From: Phyllobates terribilis | Lineage: Eukaryota | Length of the DNA stretch: 64,000 nucleotides | Reading direction: 5' to 3' | Assembly: GCF_046119375.1 (NCBI RefSeq) | Contig: NW_027362772.1 | Span: 202,430,001 to 202,494,000 of the forward strand | Part shown: positions 63,020 to 64,000 of the stretch, piece after piece | Position numbering within the stretch: position 1 is the stretch's first letter | Layout of the letters: each line of letters opens with the position of its first letter | Translations under genes and position numbers: made by a program | Notes under the pieces: model-generated | Databases searched by the model: none | The model's input: the letters and a program-made list of their open reading frames with translations, nothing else | Told to the model about the DNA's origin: nothing

Positions 63020-63975
63020 GGGAGTTTGTCACCCCCAAAACTCAAATTGCACCATTTGCACATTCACTTAGCCCCTATAAAACCATACTTGTACTGTAGA
63101 TTTTACTCATTGTGTTTTAGATAAAAAAAACATTTTTATTAGCTATTTTAATTAGGGGTCTTCAGTGATTCAGTGATTCTCATGGCCAAAAGCTCAGTCC
63201 ACCATTGTGCTCCCCCCAATTAAAATGCTCCACATCTTCTGTTATGCTGAGTGACAGCCTTTGCTTTGGAGCGCTACCTGATCTGAATACACAGCTCTGC
63301 ACGTTCTGACACTGCAGGGTGCAAGAACACAGACAGTGTCCGTGCGGGCGTATTCCCATCTCCCTCTCCTATTAGCATCGGCTGTTTGCTGCTGTGTAAA
63401 CCTGTGTGCAGCAAGCAGCCGCTACACTCAGGGGTTATAGGAAGTTTCGCCCCCAGCAGTTCGCATTTCGCCCCCAGGAATATTCACCCCCGCACATTTC
63501 GGGGGGGTGAGATGTGCGGGGGCAAAACATCCTGGAGGCCAAATGCCGGGGGCCAAATGCTGGGGACGAAATGTGCGGGGGCGAAATGTACCCGGGGGCG
63601 ATCTGCTGGGGGTGAACTGCTGGGGGTGAAACATCCTATTCCCACACTCAGGAAAGTGATGAGAACAAGCAGCACAGACTGACATTGTGTCTGCTCTTGA
63701 CCCCTGCAATGTCAGTACATGCAGGGCTGGGGACTCAGATCAAGCATCGCTCCAAATAAAGTGCTGTCAATCACCTCAAAGAGAGGGATGGAGGATGGAA
63801 ATTTAGGGGTCAGAATGGTGCACTGAGCTCTGGGTTAAGCCAGGAGGGCACCGAAACCACAACATTTACATATCTAATAAAACAGCTTTTATTGAAAACA
63901 CAATAATTAAAATGTACAATATCAGTCTCCTATATACATGGTAGGATTAGAGTTTTGGGGGTTGACGGACTCTCT
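63020..63975. mobile_element. Kolobok/T2-type MITE
   Basis: TTAA|GGGAGTTTGTCACCCCCA and GGGGGTTGACGGACTCTCT|TTAA, with inverted internal arms. Confidence 0.7.
63433..63643. mobile_element. GC-rich 211-bp MITE with a 9-bp TSD (Mutator/Foldback-like)
   Basis: Perfect 9-bp TSD ACACTCAGG (63424-63432 and 63644-63652). TIRs GGTTATAGGAAGTTTCGCCCCC versus GGGAATAGGATGTTTCACCCCC. Internal GGGGGCGAAATG-like repeats. Confidence 0.8.
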
Positions 63976-64000
63976 TTAAGGAATCTACCAATACAGTATG

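Overview
This is vertebrate genomic DNA, very likely a frog judging from the repeat families. It has one 156-nt assembly gap (11772-11927). The window holds five well-supported plus-strand coding exons of a multi-PDZ scaffold gene, best matching NHERF4/PDZD3 (end of PDZ1, PDZ2, PDZ3, linker), plus one candidate terminal exon near 62.2 kb. Most of the rest is intronic transposable-element sequence. DNA transposons: seven Tc1-superfamily copies (four DD34E-type, three DD38E Intruder-type), a 6.8-kb hAT element with an 8-bp TSD, further hAT relics and MITEs, a piggyBac-like element carrying a telomere-like 17-mer array, Kolobok/T2 and Harbinger MITEs, and a MULE-like MITE. Retroelements: a near full-length L2 LINE with a 2A-like peptide and two young full-length Gypsy LTR elements. 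One Gypsy is tRNA-Ser primed and lightly mutated. The other is a Tf1/sushi chromovirus with open gag and pol, a predicted self-priming duplex and a predicted frameshift pseudoknot. There is also a Penelope-like fold-back with two hammerhead-ribozyme relics. No tRNA, rRNA or CRISPR loci are supported. Protein family calls rest on motif recognition from memory, not on database searches.
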